In this document: piece after piece, positions 39,969-50,900 of the stretch
How the letters are laid out: every line of letters starts with the position of its first letter
How positions within the stretch are numbered: the first letter of the stretch is position 1
Translations under genes and position numbers: made by a program
NCBI GenBank assembly: GCA_965208325.1
Contig: OZ242326.1
Location: 1,792,001-1,856,000 of the forward strand
Length of the DNA stretch: 64,000 nt
DNA from: Candidatus Poribacteria bacterium
Lineage (GTDB): Bacteria > Poribacteria > WGA-4E > PCPOR2b
Reading direction: 5' to 3'
Notes under the pieces: model-generated
What the model saw: only the letters and a program-made list of their open reading frames with translations
What the model was told of the DNA's origin: nothing
Databases searched by the model: none

Positions 39969-40601
39969 TTACGGCGTAACCGTTACGGGAATCAAGAGCG
40001 CCGCCGTGAAATCGGGATGGTCGCCGTGCATGAGTTGGAGCTTGATTTGCGTTTGACCGGCTTTAAGCCCTTTTACCTCAAAGGTGAATTGCTCGGCAAG
40101 CTCATCGCCGTGTTCATCGTGTTCCTCATGCTCATCATGTTCCTCATGCTCATCGTCATCGTCATGCTCATCGTCATCGTCGTGATCATCATGCTCATCG
40201 TGTTCGTCGTGATCGTCGTGGTAAAGGTGTACCTCAATGATTGATGAATCATATCCGCTGAGCGCTAAAGCAAACACCTCTTCCTCGCCATGTTCGTGGT
40301 CGTGGTCGTCTTCCTCTTCCGGATTCTCAGGAAAAAATTCATGGCTGTCGTGGTCAAGGAACGCGGTCAGAACGTCGAGTTCCTCTCCGACTTTGAGCGT
40401 GATACCTCCCGAATGCTCCCCTTCAAATTGACGGTATATCTCGTTCCCGTCAACCTTGAGGACAAAACCGTCTGCATCGGCGTGAAAGGGTTCATCGTCA
40501 TGGCCATTGTCGACAATAGGATTGTCGTCTTCACCGCAAGCAGCGAAAAGTGCAACAGATATGAGTAACAACAACGTAAAACGTAAAACAGGTGTAAACA
40601 T
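39969..40601 (-). CDS. His/Asp/Glu-rich lipoprotein, putative metal scavenger/chaperone, copy 1
   Basis: RBS GGAGG before ATG 40601. Lipobox LFAAC. About 40-aa HDE low-complexity tract. C-terminal LMHGDHPDF. Confidence 0.85.
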   Translation of the reverse strand: MFTPVLRFTLLLLISVALFAACGEDDNPIVDNGHDDEPFHADADGFVLKVDGNEIYRQFEGEHSGGITLKVGEELDVLTAFLDHDSHEFFPENPEEEDDHDHEHGEEEVFALALSGYDSSIIEVHLYHDDHDEHDEHDDHDDDDEHDDDDEHEEHDEHEEHDEHGDELAEQFTFEVKGLKAGQTQIKLQLMHGDHPDFTAALLIPVTVTP

Positions 40602-40760
40602 AATTTCCTCCAGACATAGATAGACTGTATTTCCCAAGCATCACGACTGATGAAACAGTGAAAAATAGGCAGACTACTGCCGAGACTATACACAAGTCAG
40701 CCGGGAAAGACAGATAAAGATTTGGTCAATAAAGACAGCGATATGAGATAAATGAGCAGT

Positions 40761-41066
40761 TTAAACGGGGATAGTCGGCGGGGCGCGACTCCGGACGCAT
40801 TTGTCAAGAATCGTAGAAATGAAAGGTAAGGTGATTGGTCGGCGAATTGAGATGCAGATGTCGAGATTGGTGACATCAACGGGGGTGAGTTCGATACCGA
40901 CGTGGTTGGCATTGAAGAAACAGGCGGAGCAGTGTTCTGAACAGCAATCAACATGCTCATGGTCGTGCGCAAGCGAGATAAGGTTTACCGTTATCAGGTA
41001 ATAGACGATTCCAATCGCTATTGCCCAGGCCACGCTGTTTGGGTGGATTCTAATCTTCTGCAACAC
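40761..41066 (-). CDS. DUF2946/CruR-like leader protein (TM, HDHEH, CxxC, RAPP), copy 1
   Basis: Hydrophobic N-terminus, AHDHEHVDCCSEHCSACFF, C-terminal RSRAPPTIPV. First ORF after the promoter. Conserved in copy 2. Confidence 0.85.
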   Translation of the reverse strand: MLQKIRIHPNSVAWAIAIGIVYYLITVNLISLAHDHEHVDCCSEHCSACFFNANHVGIELTPVDVTNLDICISIRRPITLPFISTILDKCVRSRAPPTIPV

Positions 41067-41112
41067 TCCTCACCTCATTCATACGTACGAAAATTCGCCA
41101 ACACAGGACAGT

Positions 41113-41141
41113 ATATTAGCACAACCGATCGGTTTTGTCCA
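41113..41141 (-). promoter_or_regulatory. Sigma70-type promoter with a palindromic spacer
   Basis: TGGACA-17 nt-TAATAT with extended TGn. Spacer contains AACCGATCGGTT. Conserved in copy 2. Confidence 0.7.
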
Positions 41142-41321
41142 ATTTTTCTGTTTCAAAAAATCGAACCCAGTGGGTATGACCGCCAATTCATCGCACTGAT
41201 TGAGCTAATGATATTGTTGATTCACCCGTCATCGGTAGTAAAGTTTAGATTAAAAGATTTCTATCCAGTCTCTCCTAAAATGCTGTACTATTTCCAATTT
41301 GGATTTGGCTTGCGCGTTGGC

Positions 41322-42611
41322 TCATTGGGGCTGTCTTTCGACCCCGATGGTGTGGACAATCAGGTTAACGCCCCATTCTAGCCACCTTTCATTCTCGGAA
41401 TTTTCTCCCCATTTTAATCCAATTCCAGCGGCGTCGTAGAACACGGCGGTTCGTCCATTGAGCCTAAGCGCATAAAATTCGCCGCGCTTTTTGACGACAC
41501 GCGGCGCCCCTTTCTTAAATTCAAAAAAGCTGCGGCAGACGGCATCCTTTCGATTTATCGGCACGAAATGTGCTTTCTGACCGACAATCTTCCAAACCTC
41601 GAATCGAATGGAGTTTGCCACGGGACCTTCAGTCCCCCATGCGGTGGATATGTCCGAAAAAAGGAGCGTTCCGCCGCTCTGCAGGTAGGTTCGCAGGTTC
41701 GCGCGCTCCGTTTCGGAGAAGGTAAACGCATCTCTGGCTGCGATGTAGACTAGCGGAATGCGGTGAATATCGGGCGAAGCAAGCGGCATCGTCTCAGGCA
41801 AAAGTTGCGTCCGTACCTTCGTCCATCTATTCATCGCATACACCAAGCGATTCAAAGCTTGGGCACGAATGGCATCTGCCGCGTCCTCGTATTGGACAAC
41901 GACGATATTGTAATACCCTGTAATCGCACGTCCGGAACCGCGTACCTCCACCTGAGCCGTGTTTCCCGCGTTACTTTGAATTTTGTCAAGGATGCCGGCG
42001 GCACGGCTTGGCGCAATTACCTTTCCCTCAGAAGCCATTCGTCCATCTATCGGCGAACTGCTCACTGACAAGTTGGGTTGGGAAACCGCATCCGCACTTA
42101 GCTCAACGTTCGTTTGGAATTCGGTCTCCGCCACCGGATTCAAGCTTACCCGAGCGGGGGAGTGCACGACTGTTGCTGATTGCGTTGCCAGGGGTCCCGT
42201 GCGAATCGGCACCGCAGCGACACGCCGGTTAATTGGATTCTTTCGATCCATGTCAACCGCGGCAATCTGCCGGTGCGGCCGTTTTCGGCGTTTGAGCGGC
42301 GATGGGTTCGGCAACGACACAACCGCCACTTGTATGGCAGACTCCGCAACTGGGTGCGGAGTAGGCAACATCGCCACCCATAAAAGGATAAAGGCGTTCA
42401 GCACAAGTGATAACAGCCAAGCTGTTGCGGCAATTCTCCGCCGACGGGCGACTGTAGGTAAGCGCGGCGCGGCTAACACTTCCTTTTTGCGTCCGGCAGT
42501 GAACTTGGGGCGTGACGGGAGCGATTCGGAATATTGGCGTACCTTACGGCGTCTACGCTTTGCCCTAGTGTAATTCAAGCGAGCAATTTGCCGATAACGT
42601 GAGTGATTCAT
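41322..42611 (-). CDS. Membrane-anchored DUF4159 domain protein
   Basis: TM segment, low-complexity linker, then PLVYI...FTFSETERANLRTYLQSGGTLLFSD...WGVNLIVH. Confidence 0.8.
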   Translation of the reverse strand: MNHSRYRQIARLNYTRAKRRRRKVRQYSESLPSRPKFTAGRKKEVLAAPRLPTVARRRRIAATAWLLSLVLNAFILLWVAMLPTPHPVAESAIQVAVVSLPNPSPLKRRKRPHRQIAAVDMDRKNPINRRVAAVPIRTGPLATQSATVVHSPARVSLNPVAETEFQTNVELSADAVSQPNLSVSSSPIDGRMASEGKVIAPSRAAGILDKIQSNAGNTAQVEVRGSGRAITGYYNIVVVQYEDAADAIRAQALNRLVYAMNRWTKVRTQLLPETMPLASPDIHRIPLVYIAARDAFTFSETERANLRTYLQSGGTLLFSDISTAWGTEGPVANSIRFEVWKIVGQKAHFVPINRKDAVCRSFFEFKKGAPRVVKKRGEFYALRLNGRTAVFYDAAGIGLKWGENSENERWLEWGVNLIVHTIGVERQPQ

Positions 42612-42875
42612 AAGTTAAATCCAAAGACGCTTCTGTTTTTCGGTTCCCTGCCGTGAGTACCGCGTTTAACATGCTAGGAACGGTTGTAATGTTCCGCCGC
42701 CAGGTGGGTACTCGCGTCCCGAGTATTGGGTGCAAGGACATCGCCTTTGTAAACATCGTCAAGACTTTTCCGGTGCTGTATAATCCTGTTCCCTGAGAAA
42801 CGGATTGAAAAATCAATCCGTTTTCACGCTTCAGATTCTGATTGTGTCCATGTAGACGGCGAACAGAACAAGACA

Positions 42876-45800
42876 CTATTTTTCGCTTGCGTACGCGCGA
42901 TAATCCTCGGTGCGGAATATTGTCCACAGTTCTGTAGACAGATCATAACGACACACACCAGCAGAAAACGTACCTACCCACACGTATTTGCCGTCCAGGC
43001 TAATGCTGCGGATGTTGTTGTCGGATAAGCCATTATCAATGTTGAATCTATCCCACCGTTCTTCGGCGCGGTTGTATCGGCTGAGTCCTTCGCCAGCGGT
43101 GCCAACCCAGACGTATTTTTCGCCTGCAGTGATTGTACTGATGTCGTTTCCGATGAGTCCGTCTAACACTGTTAGCGTTCCCCACCGCCCTTGCGGCGCA
43201 TTGTACCGGAATACGCCTTGTCTCGTGCCGACCCACATGTTTTCGGGGTCAGAAGCCAGTGCAGTGATTTCGGCATTCTTAAGATATGAAGGCACTTCAA
43301 ACGTGTTCGCCGGCGCCAGTCGTTGAGAATCTATTTCAAAAACTTTCAATCCGATTTCCCGTCCAAGCCAGAGTTGATTGTTTAGAAACGCCATCGCGGT
43401 GCAGCCTACAATCCCTAAATCTTCGGGCGTGGTTTCTAAGCTTTCAGTCAATCCAGCCCCGGTCTGCACGCGTGTATGTTCAACGATTTGAGCGTTCGTT
43501 ATCAAAAGCCAAGAGTCCGCTTTCCGGTCATAAATTGCGATTTGGTTGTCGCTGAGCACCCAAACCTTACTGTCTCGCGGCTGAATATGGCGCACCCACG
43601 GGAGAAGTGGGTGGATTTCCCTAGCCGCATTTGCGGCTTTATCGTAGATGATGACGCCCGCGTCCGTGCCAAGCCAGAGCTGGCCGAGGACGGGGGCGAT
43701 TGCTCGCACGGTCGGCATCGGCGGGAATTCGACGTTTACTGTTATGAGCGGCGACGGCACAGTCGGGTCGCCGGGTTGCGGGGTTCTGCCTTCAACTATT
43801 CGTTGAATGATTGCAATCGCCTCCTCGCGCGCGACATCTGGATGGTAATCAACGTAAACCTTGCGCGTCCGGGCGGGATTGTTAGCTTGCAAAGCGGATT
43901 CAACCGCCCGTGCATTTTCATCTACACGCCGTTGTAAATTGGCAAACTCCTCATTTTCGGCGTCATCAAGTGGAAAACCTAAATTCGCAATTCGCCAAGA
44001 GTGCGAGATCTTGTCGTATTTGGCTAAACCGAGACGAGTACCCACCCACAGAAAATCGCCATCCGACGCAACGGCTTTGATGTTGTTGCTAATCAAAGCC
44101 GAGGCATTTGATTCGATGTCTTCGAGGGCTTCCGAATAGGTTGTCCAATCGCCCTTAACCCAGTGATGCCGCGCTAATCCGGCATTCGTACCGAACCAGA
44201 TTTCATCTCCGTCAATCGCGACGACCTGTACGTGGTTGGAGGGGAGCCCATGCGCCTCGGTGAAATCGCTGGACAGGTCAGTGATCTGATTGTAAAGCGT
44301 TATGCCGTCGGAGGTGCCAATCCAGTGATATTTCTCCATTGAACCGATGCTTTTGGCGTCGTTGGCAGCGAGGCCATCCGCCTGAGAATACGGCGTCATG
44401 GATTCGACCTCCTTGTCGTACATGGTGACGCCGCCCGGCGTGGCGAGGAAGATGTACTTCTCTTCGACATTTATTGAGGTGACGATGTTGTTGATCAAGC
44501 CGTCGTCGGTGGTGTAGACCGCCCACTGACTCTCATCGGGCATGTATTTCGCCGCTCCCTGATTTGTGCCGAACCAGACGTAATCCCCATCAACCGCGAC
44601 CGACCAAACAACATCATCGGGAAGCCCGTCTTTTTTTGTCAACGTTTGCCAGGTCCCCGCCTTGGTGTCGAATCGAGAGACACCGCTCTGTGTGGTTATC
44701 CACACGCTGTTTCCGTCTCGCGCGAGCGCGTTTACGCGATTATCGCAAAGCCCATCGGCAGTGGTTAGGGATGTCCACCTATCTAAGACCCAGTTGTATC
44801 GGCTGACACCGCCGTGCGTTCCGACCCACAGTTCGTTTTCCAACAGCAACAGACTCGACACGTAATTGTGTTGAAGCCCATCTCGATTTGTATAGTTGAG
44901 CCAAGTATCCGCCGTTTTATCGTACCGGCTGATTCCCCGCGGCGTGCCGAAAAAAGCGTAATCATCGTTGATGACGATGGCGCGAATATCTTTGGCGACA
45001 AGCACTTCTTCATGACCGCGCTCGCGGCTTGGGGCGTATGCCCACCACGAATCGTTGGGCTTGTTGTACCGGTAGATACCGCCATCCGTCGCAACCCAGA
45101 CGTATTCATGCGACGGGTGAATATCATGAATGCGTACTGTTGAAAGACCCGGCGCATCATCGTCCGTGAACTCCCGTGTTTGCCCGGATGCCAAGTCGTA
45201 CCGTATCAGATTTCGCCAACCACCGCCCCAAATTTCCCTGTCGTCCAGGGCGACGACATCAATACTCGCTTCGCGGCCGATTTCCAGCTTTTGCCAGTTT
45301 TCACCTGATTTATCGTCGTGTAGATAAACGCCTGTTTCAGTGGCGACACAGGTGGTACCGCCGGATTGATCTAAAGCCAGAATAGGCATGCCTTCAAAGG
45401 CATGCGTGGTGCGCCATTTCTGCGCCGATTTTTCGTACCGAGACAGCCCACTACCTGTGCCAACCCAGAGGTATTGCGAACCCGCGGCGAGGTCTGTGAT
45501 TTTGTCATTGGCTAACCCTAACCGACTTGAGAACGCGGTCCACTCTTGCGTCGAATTGTCGTATCGGTTTAAGCCGCGTGTGGTGCCGACCCAAATCGAC
45601 TTACCATCAACCCGGATTTTCGTAATTTCATCGGCAACCAATCCACTTTTCGCCGCGCGAAAGTAATCCCACGTTTTGTTGAATTTTTCGAACCGCGAAA
45701 TTCCACGGTCGCTGCCTATCCATACGTAGTTGCCCACGACATCAAGACAGGAGATAGCCCCGGCGCCCAAGCCATCTTCGTTAGTATAGGATTTCCACCG

Positions 45801-47225
45801 TTCGGTTTTTGGATTAAACCGACTTATTGCTTTCTGAGTCACCAGCCAAACGCCGTCGGTGTCCTCACCAACTGCCAGCACATACGCGGAGGGAAGCGCT
45901 TTCTCTTTACGGTACGTTTTCCACCGGCCGGAAACCGAGTGAAACTGTGAAAGTCCGTGTATAGTTCCAATCCAGATGGTGTTTCCCTTGATCGCGAGAG
46001 AATTAATTTCGTTTGATGCCAATCCCATATCTTGATGGAACCACTGCATGGTTCCGAGTTTTGTGTCGAAATTGAGGAGTCCGTTTCCCGTCGCCATCCA
46101 GACTCGGCCCGCCGAGATTGCCAGGGCTGCAATTTGATTCGGTATCAACTCCTGGGTATCACGATTCTGTACGGCGTTCGACGGGACGAAGACCTCCCAG
46201 CCGAGCGTTTTCCATGTGTCGACCTCCCGTTTGTTGAAAGCACGCATAGCGCGTTCATACTCCGAATCGGCAGCGCGCGCCTGAGCCCGCGTTGGATTCC
46301 GCGAAAATTGCCGATTTCTTGCCCGCACGGAGGCCGAGAAATGTTGCGGTTCTTTCAGTTTGCTATAGGCTTTATCCTCATTGGCGAGGTCGGTGGTGTT
46401 CATAAATTTCTTGCTGATAGTGCGGACAAGCCCCGATTTCGTCGCAATATAGACACTATCGCCATTCGCTTCAATGTCCGTAATTGAATCGCCCAGAATG
46501 TCCATAATCGAATTAGGCACTATCTCCCGGCCGGGGCGCGGGACCGAGCGATTGCCGCCCCGGGTGCTCACCCAAAAGGCACTCTGTTTGGTGAAATACT
46601 CCCACTTATCATACTTAACGTTATATCTCGATAGTCCGCCGGGGGTTCCCAGCCACACGTACTTTGAATCGTGATGAATCGCTGTTACGGACGGAGTTTT
46701 AATTCCCAAAAAGTCTGTGTATGAACGCCACCGATTCTTCTTCAATTGAAACGCACTCGCCCCCTTTTCAGTGCCCACCCAGATCCAGTCGCCGCGCGCT
46801 GAAATACACCGAATCTTGTTTGCAACCAGCCCGTCCTTGACGGTATAGCTTCTCCATTCGTCTCGGTTCATGTCAAAAACCGATAGCCCGGAATCTGTCC
46901 CGAACCACACGCGCCCGGACGGCTTTCGATCGAACACGCCCTGCTTCCACTCGATAGCGATGCAATTCACCTTATTGCTGACGAGCCCATCCTTCGTTGT
47001 GAAATAATCCCATGTTTTCGCGTCAAAATTGTACCTGCTGACGCCGGCACCGGTTGAAAGCCACAGATAATCACCGCCAATCTCGACCCCGCGCACATCC
47101 TCGCCAATTAACACCTCGCCCATCTCGTCTTCATCGGACTCTGTCTCCGGCACGTCCATGGTGAACAGTAGGCTCAACAAAATAAACATTTTGCATACAC
47201 ATTTGATTGACCTCGGAAAAGTCAT
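42876..47225 (-). CDS. Large secreted multi-beta-propeller protein (Reg_prop-like repeats)
   Basis: More than 20 repeats of (D/E)GLxxNxIxxIxxDGxxLWxGTxxGLSRYD. Signal peptide. No kinase domain. Confidence 0.9.
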   Translation of the reverse strand: MTFPRSIKCVCKMFILLSLLFTMDVPETESDEDEMGEVLIGEDVRGVEIGGDYLWLSTGAGVSRYNFDAKTWDYFTTKDGLVSNKVNCIAIEWKQGVFDRKPSGRVWFGTDSGLSVFDMNRDEWRSYTVKDGLVANKIRCISARGDWIWVGTEKGASAFQLKKNRWRSYTDFLGIKTPSVTAIHHDSKYVWLGTPGGLSRYNVKYDKWEYFTKQSAFWVSTRGGNRSVPRPGREIVPNSIMDILGDSITDIEANGDSVYIATKSGLVRTISKKFMNTTDLANEDKAYSKLKEPQHFSASVRARNRQFSRNPTRAQARAADSEYERAMRAFNKREVDTWKTLGWEVFVPSNAVQNRDTQELIPNQIAALAISAGRVWMATGNGLLNFDTKLGTMQWFHQDMGLASNEINSLAIKGNTIWIGTIHGLSQFHSVSGRWKTYRKEKALPSAYVLAVGEDTDGVWLVTQKAISRFNPKTERWKSYTNEDGLGAGAISCLDVVGNYVWIGSDRGISRFEKFNKTWDYFRAAKSGLVADEITKIRVDGKSIWVGTTRGLNRYDNSTQEWTAFSSRLGLANDKITDLAAGSQYLWVGTGSGLSRYEKSAQKWRTTHAFEGMPILALDQSGGTTCVATETGVYLHDDKSGENWQKLEIGREASIDVVALDDREIWGGGWRNLIRYDLASGQTREFTDDDAPGLSTVRIHDIHPSHEYVWVATDGGIYRYNKPNDSWWAYAPSRERGHEEVLVAKDIRAIVINDDYAFFGTPRGISRYDKTADTWLNYTNRDGLQHNYVSSLLLLENELWVGTHGGVSRYNWVLDRWTSLTTADGLCDNRVNALARDGNSVWITTQSGVSRFDTKAGTWQTLTKKDGLPDDVVWSVAVDGDYVWFGTNQGAAKYMPDESQWAVYTTDDGLINNIVTSINVEEKYIFLATPGGVTMYDKEVESMTPYSQADGLAANDAKSIGSMEKYHWIGTSDGITLYNQITDLSSDFTEAHGLPSNHVQVVAIDGDEIWFGTNAGLARHHWVKGDWTTYSEALEDIESNASALISNNIKAVASDGDFLWVGTRLGLAKYDKISHSWRIANLGFPLDDAENEEFANLQRRVDENARAVESALQANNPARTRKVYVDYHPDVAREEAIAIIQRIVEGRTPQPGDPTVPSPLITVNVEFPPMPTVRAIAPVLGQLWLGTDAGVIIYDKAANAAREIHPLLPWVRHIQPRDSKVWVLSDNQIAIYDRKADSWLLITNAQIVEHTRVQTGAGLTESLETTPEDLGIVGCTAMAFLNNQLWLGREIGLKVFEIDSQRLAPANTFEVPSYLKNAEITALASDPENMWVGTRQGVFRYNAPQGRWGTLTVLDGLIGNDISTITAGEKYVWVGTAGEGLSRYNRAEERWDRFNIDNGLSDNNIRSISLDGKYVWVGTFSAGVCRYDLSTELWTIFRTEDYRAYASEK

Positions 47226-47961
47226 GTATGTCTCCCGTATTCGTTATTGGATCGTATTCGCTTATGGATAGATTAAGTTATTTGCCGACAGCCGGAACAT
47301 GCGCACAAGCCTGTGCGGGTTTAATTGACCAGCCCTCATCCGGATAACCGAATTAGACCGTAAACCCATCATACCACCATACGCTCCGGTTTTAGACGTT
47401 CGCCGGATACTGAGCAATAGTGATGCCAATATCATTCTCAAAGCTAACCGAAGCGATATTGAACGCGGGATTTATGCGGCCGGTGTGCAAGAATCAAGGG
47501 TTAGACTACACGACGAAGTTCACCGCGGAACGGCTCAACCACAAGAACAAGCGTAATATCAAGGGCAGCCGTGCTACCCCGTCACTGCAAAGATCTTTGA
47601 TTCGCCCTCGAATTTGGCAAGATGCAATTAAGAAATGTAGACAAGGTTTTACCGGAAGCGGGCGGTATTAGTGTGGTATAAATTAGGCACATCTGTTTTA
47701 TTGCCGATACACCTAATATTAGTTTACGAACCCTATCTACAGAACGGCTACCCGGAATCTCCCGACCTATAGATTACACTTTGCTACCGACTGTGGCATG
47801 GCCGTTTGTCTTCGAGGACAGTTCGCCTGAATTACGGCAACTGCGTAAGAGGATACCTGAAAAAGAACATCTCGACGTATTAAATTAGAACGGATTTAGG
47901 CGGCAATGTCAAGTTAAAAGCAGGATTTACCTATAATCGTAATCGAAGGGCACCGTGCATA

Positions 47962-50900
47962 CTACCTTCGTTTTTCGACAACGTAGTAAAGCACTGGTAG
48001 GACGAGCAGCGTCAAGAGCGTTGCGGTTATCATGCCGCCGCTGATGACGATTGCGAGCGGCTTCTGAAGTTCTGCGCCTGAACCGTGGGCGAGCGCAAGC
48101 GGCAGCATTCCTAACCCGGTGGTCAAGGCTGTCATCAACACTGGGCTGATGCGTTCTCCGGCGCCTTTCAACACGGCGTCGTACAGCGAGATGCCTTCCG
48201 CACGAAGGCTGTTTATGTGCGTCACCAATATAATGCCATTTCGCACAGCGATGCCGAACAGGAGGATGAATCCCACCATAGATGGAATACTCAAAACGCC
48301 GCCAGTGAGAAAAACGCTGATGACGCCGCCGATTAACGCGAGCGGCAGGTTCAGCATCACCAACAATGAAAGCCGCATTGAACCCGTCGCAAGATACAAC
48401 AGGATACAGATGCCGACGAGGACAAAGCCGGTTTGAACCAGAATCCGTTTTTGCGCCGCTTGTTGGCTTTCAAACTGTCCGCCGTAGGTGAGGAAATACG
48501 CTTCGGGCAGGTTAATATTTTCGTTAATCTCCCGTTGAGCTTGAGCAATAAAGTTGCCTAAGTCTCGATTTTGAACGTTACACTGAATTACAATCCGCCG
48601 AGATACGTTTTCTCGGTTGATGGTATTCGGCCCGAACCCGTATCCGACATCGGCAACCTGTTTTAACTGAACGAAAGTTCCGGCAGGCGTTCTTAGTTTT
48701 AAGTCTCCGACAGATTCAATAGTGTTGACAAGCGTCGGGTCAATTCGAATCACGAGCGCATACTGCCGTTGCCCTTGAATGACTTGACTCACCGCTTCGC
48801 CTTTGAACGCTGTCTCTGCGAAATGCGTCACATCTTCAACGCGTAAGCCGTAGCGAGCTGCTTCACGCCGCTTGACCTTGATTTGGAGTTGCTCGACTTG
48901 CGCCTGTTGCTCCACCCACAGGTCCACCACGCCGGGAATTTCCGCGATAACCGACCGAATCTCTTCGGCCTTTTGCCTGAGGGTGTTTAGATTTGGCCCA
49001 AACAGTTTCAACGCTACTTGTGCGTTTACACCCGACAGGAGGTGGTCAAGGCGATGCTGAATGGGTTGACCAATGGAGACGTGCACACCGGGGAAATTTT
49101 CCGCGGATAGCAAAGAACGCACTTCGGCAAGTAGTTCCTCACGAGTTTTATCTCTCTCATCGGGGGGAATAAAGTTCACTACCATTTCGTGGGTATCCAC
49201 GCTGTGAGCATGTTCATCGGTTTCTGCCCTCCCGGTACGGCTGCTGACGCTTGTCACTTCCGGAAGCGTCAGGAGTCTGGATTCCATCTCACGACCGATG
49301 CGCGTGGATTCTCCCAACGAAGTTCCCGGCGGCGAGTGGACCGCCACAGAAAAGGTTGCTTCATCCATAACCGGAAGGAATTCGCGGCCCAAGCGGGGTA
49401 TCGACATTATAGTCAAGGTAATCAGCAACAACGCCAACGCAACAACAAGCCACCGCAGCCTCATGACCCAAGAGAGAACAGGTCGATATGCCAGTTTAAT
49501 CCATACAACCACGGGGCTTTCCTTCGCGGCCGGAATTCCTGATTGGGATTCATTTTGCGAACGCCGCATTCGGAAACGTGTCAACAGCAGGTCACTTAGT
49601 ACGGGAACCACGGTTAGCGCGACGAGCAGCGATGCCGCCATTGAAATGACCACCGCCCAACCAAGGGGGCGGAACATACTGCCCTCCATACCGCTCAAGT
49701 TGAAAAGCGGTACGAAAACGAGGATGATAATCAGCGTCGCGAAGACAATTGATGACCGAATCTCATTACTTGCGCGTGTTACAACCTGCGTCGGCGTCTC
49801 GCCGTTTGCTTCGCCCCGGGCGCGGCGCCGGAAGTGCTCCTGCAATCGGCGGTAGATGTTTTCGACGTAGACAATGGCGTCGTCAACTACCATACCAACA
49901 GCGATCGCCAAGCCAGCGAGCGTCATGATATTGAGAGTACCACCCTGAGAAATCAGGGCAATGACAGCTATGATTAGAGAGAGCGGAATGGCTGTCAGTG
50001 TAATTAAGGCGGTGCGAATGTTGAATAGAAAGATAGCCAAGATTATAACGACGAGAATTGCGCCGTCACGCAACGCATCTTTAACAGTATCTACGGCGCG
50101 CCGTATCAGATCGGCTTGCGCATACTCGATTTTAACCTCAACGCCTTCCGGCAGCGACCTTTCCAGCGATTTTAGGACGGAAACAACTTTGTCGTTAAGG
50201 TTTAACGTATTGATCCCCGGTTGCTTAACCACCTTGCCCAAAACCGTCTCTTTCGCATTGCGGCTCCCTGCGCCGCGGCGTATTTCTGGCAGTTCGCCTA
50301 TCTTCAACCTCCCGATATCTTTGACCAGAATCGGCGTGCTGTGCCCCCGCACATCAATGACAACGTTTTCGATGTCGGCAACTGTAGAGATACGCCCCAA
50401 CCCGCGAATCATCAACTCGCGCGTATCCTTGATGAGAAATCCGCCCGCTGAGTTTTCGTTGCTTTTCGCAAGGGCATCTGCAACATCTTCCAGCGAAAGA
50501 TTATAGTTTACCAACTGGGCAGGATTAACGAAGACTTGGTATTGCTTCACGTAGCCGCCAATGTTAATTACATTTGCGATACCGCCCTGGGACTGGAGTT
50601 GATAGCGGATGACCCAATCTGCGAGATCCCGCATTTCCATTTCGTCAAATTCCCCGGTTTCATCAACAACAGCGTACTCTAAGATTTCGCCCAAAAGGGA
50701 GGAAGTCGGCAAGATAATCGGCGCATCCACGCCGTGAGGTAGATTCGGGGCAACGAGTTGAAGCCGTTCAGAGACCATTTGCCGCGCCAGAAAAATATCC
50801 ATTCCCCAATCAAATTCAACGAATACCAGCGACAGGCCAACGGCGGAGGAAGACCGAACTCGCGAGACATACGGTGCACCGTTCATCGCACTTTCGATTG

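Larger units (their letters stand above)
39457..41146. repeat. 1.7-kb segmental duplication, copy 1 (partner 61997-63694)
   Basis: Constant offset of 22540 across merC. Covers merC, the His-rich lipoprotein, the leader ORF and the promoter. Confidence 0.97.
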
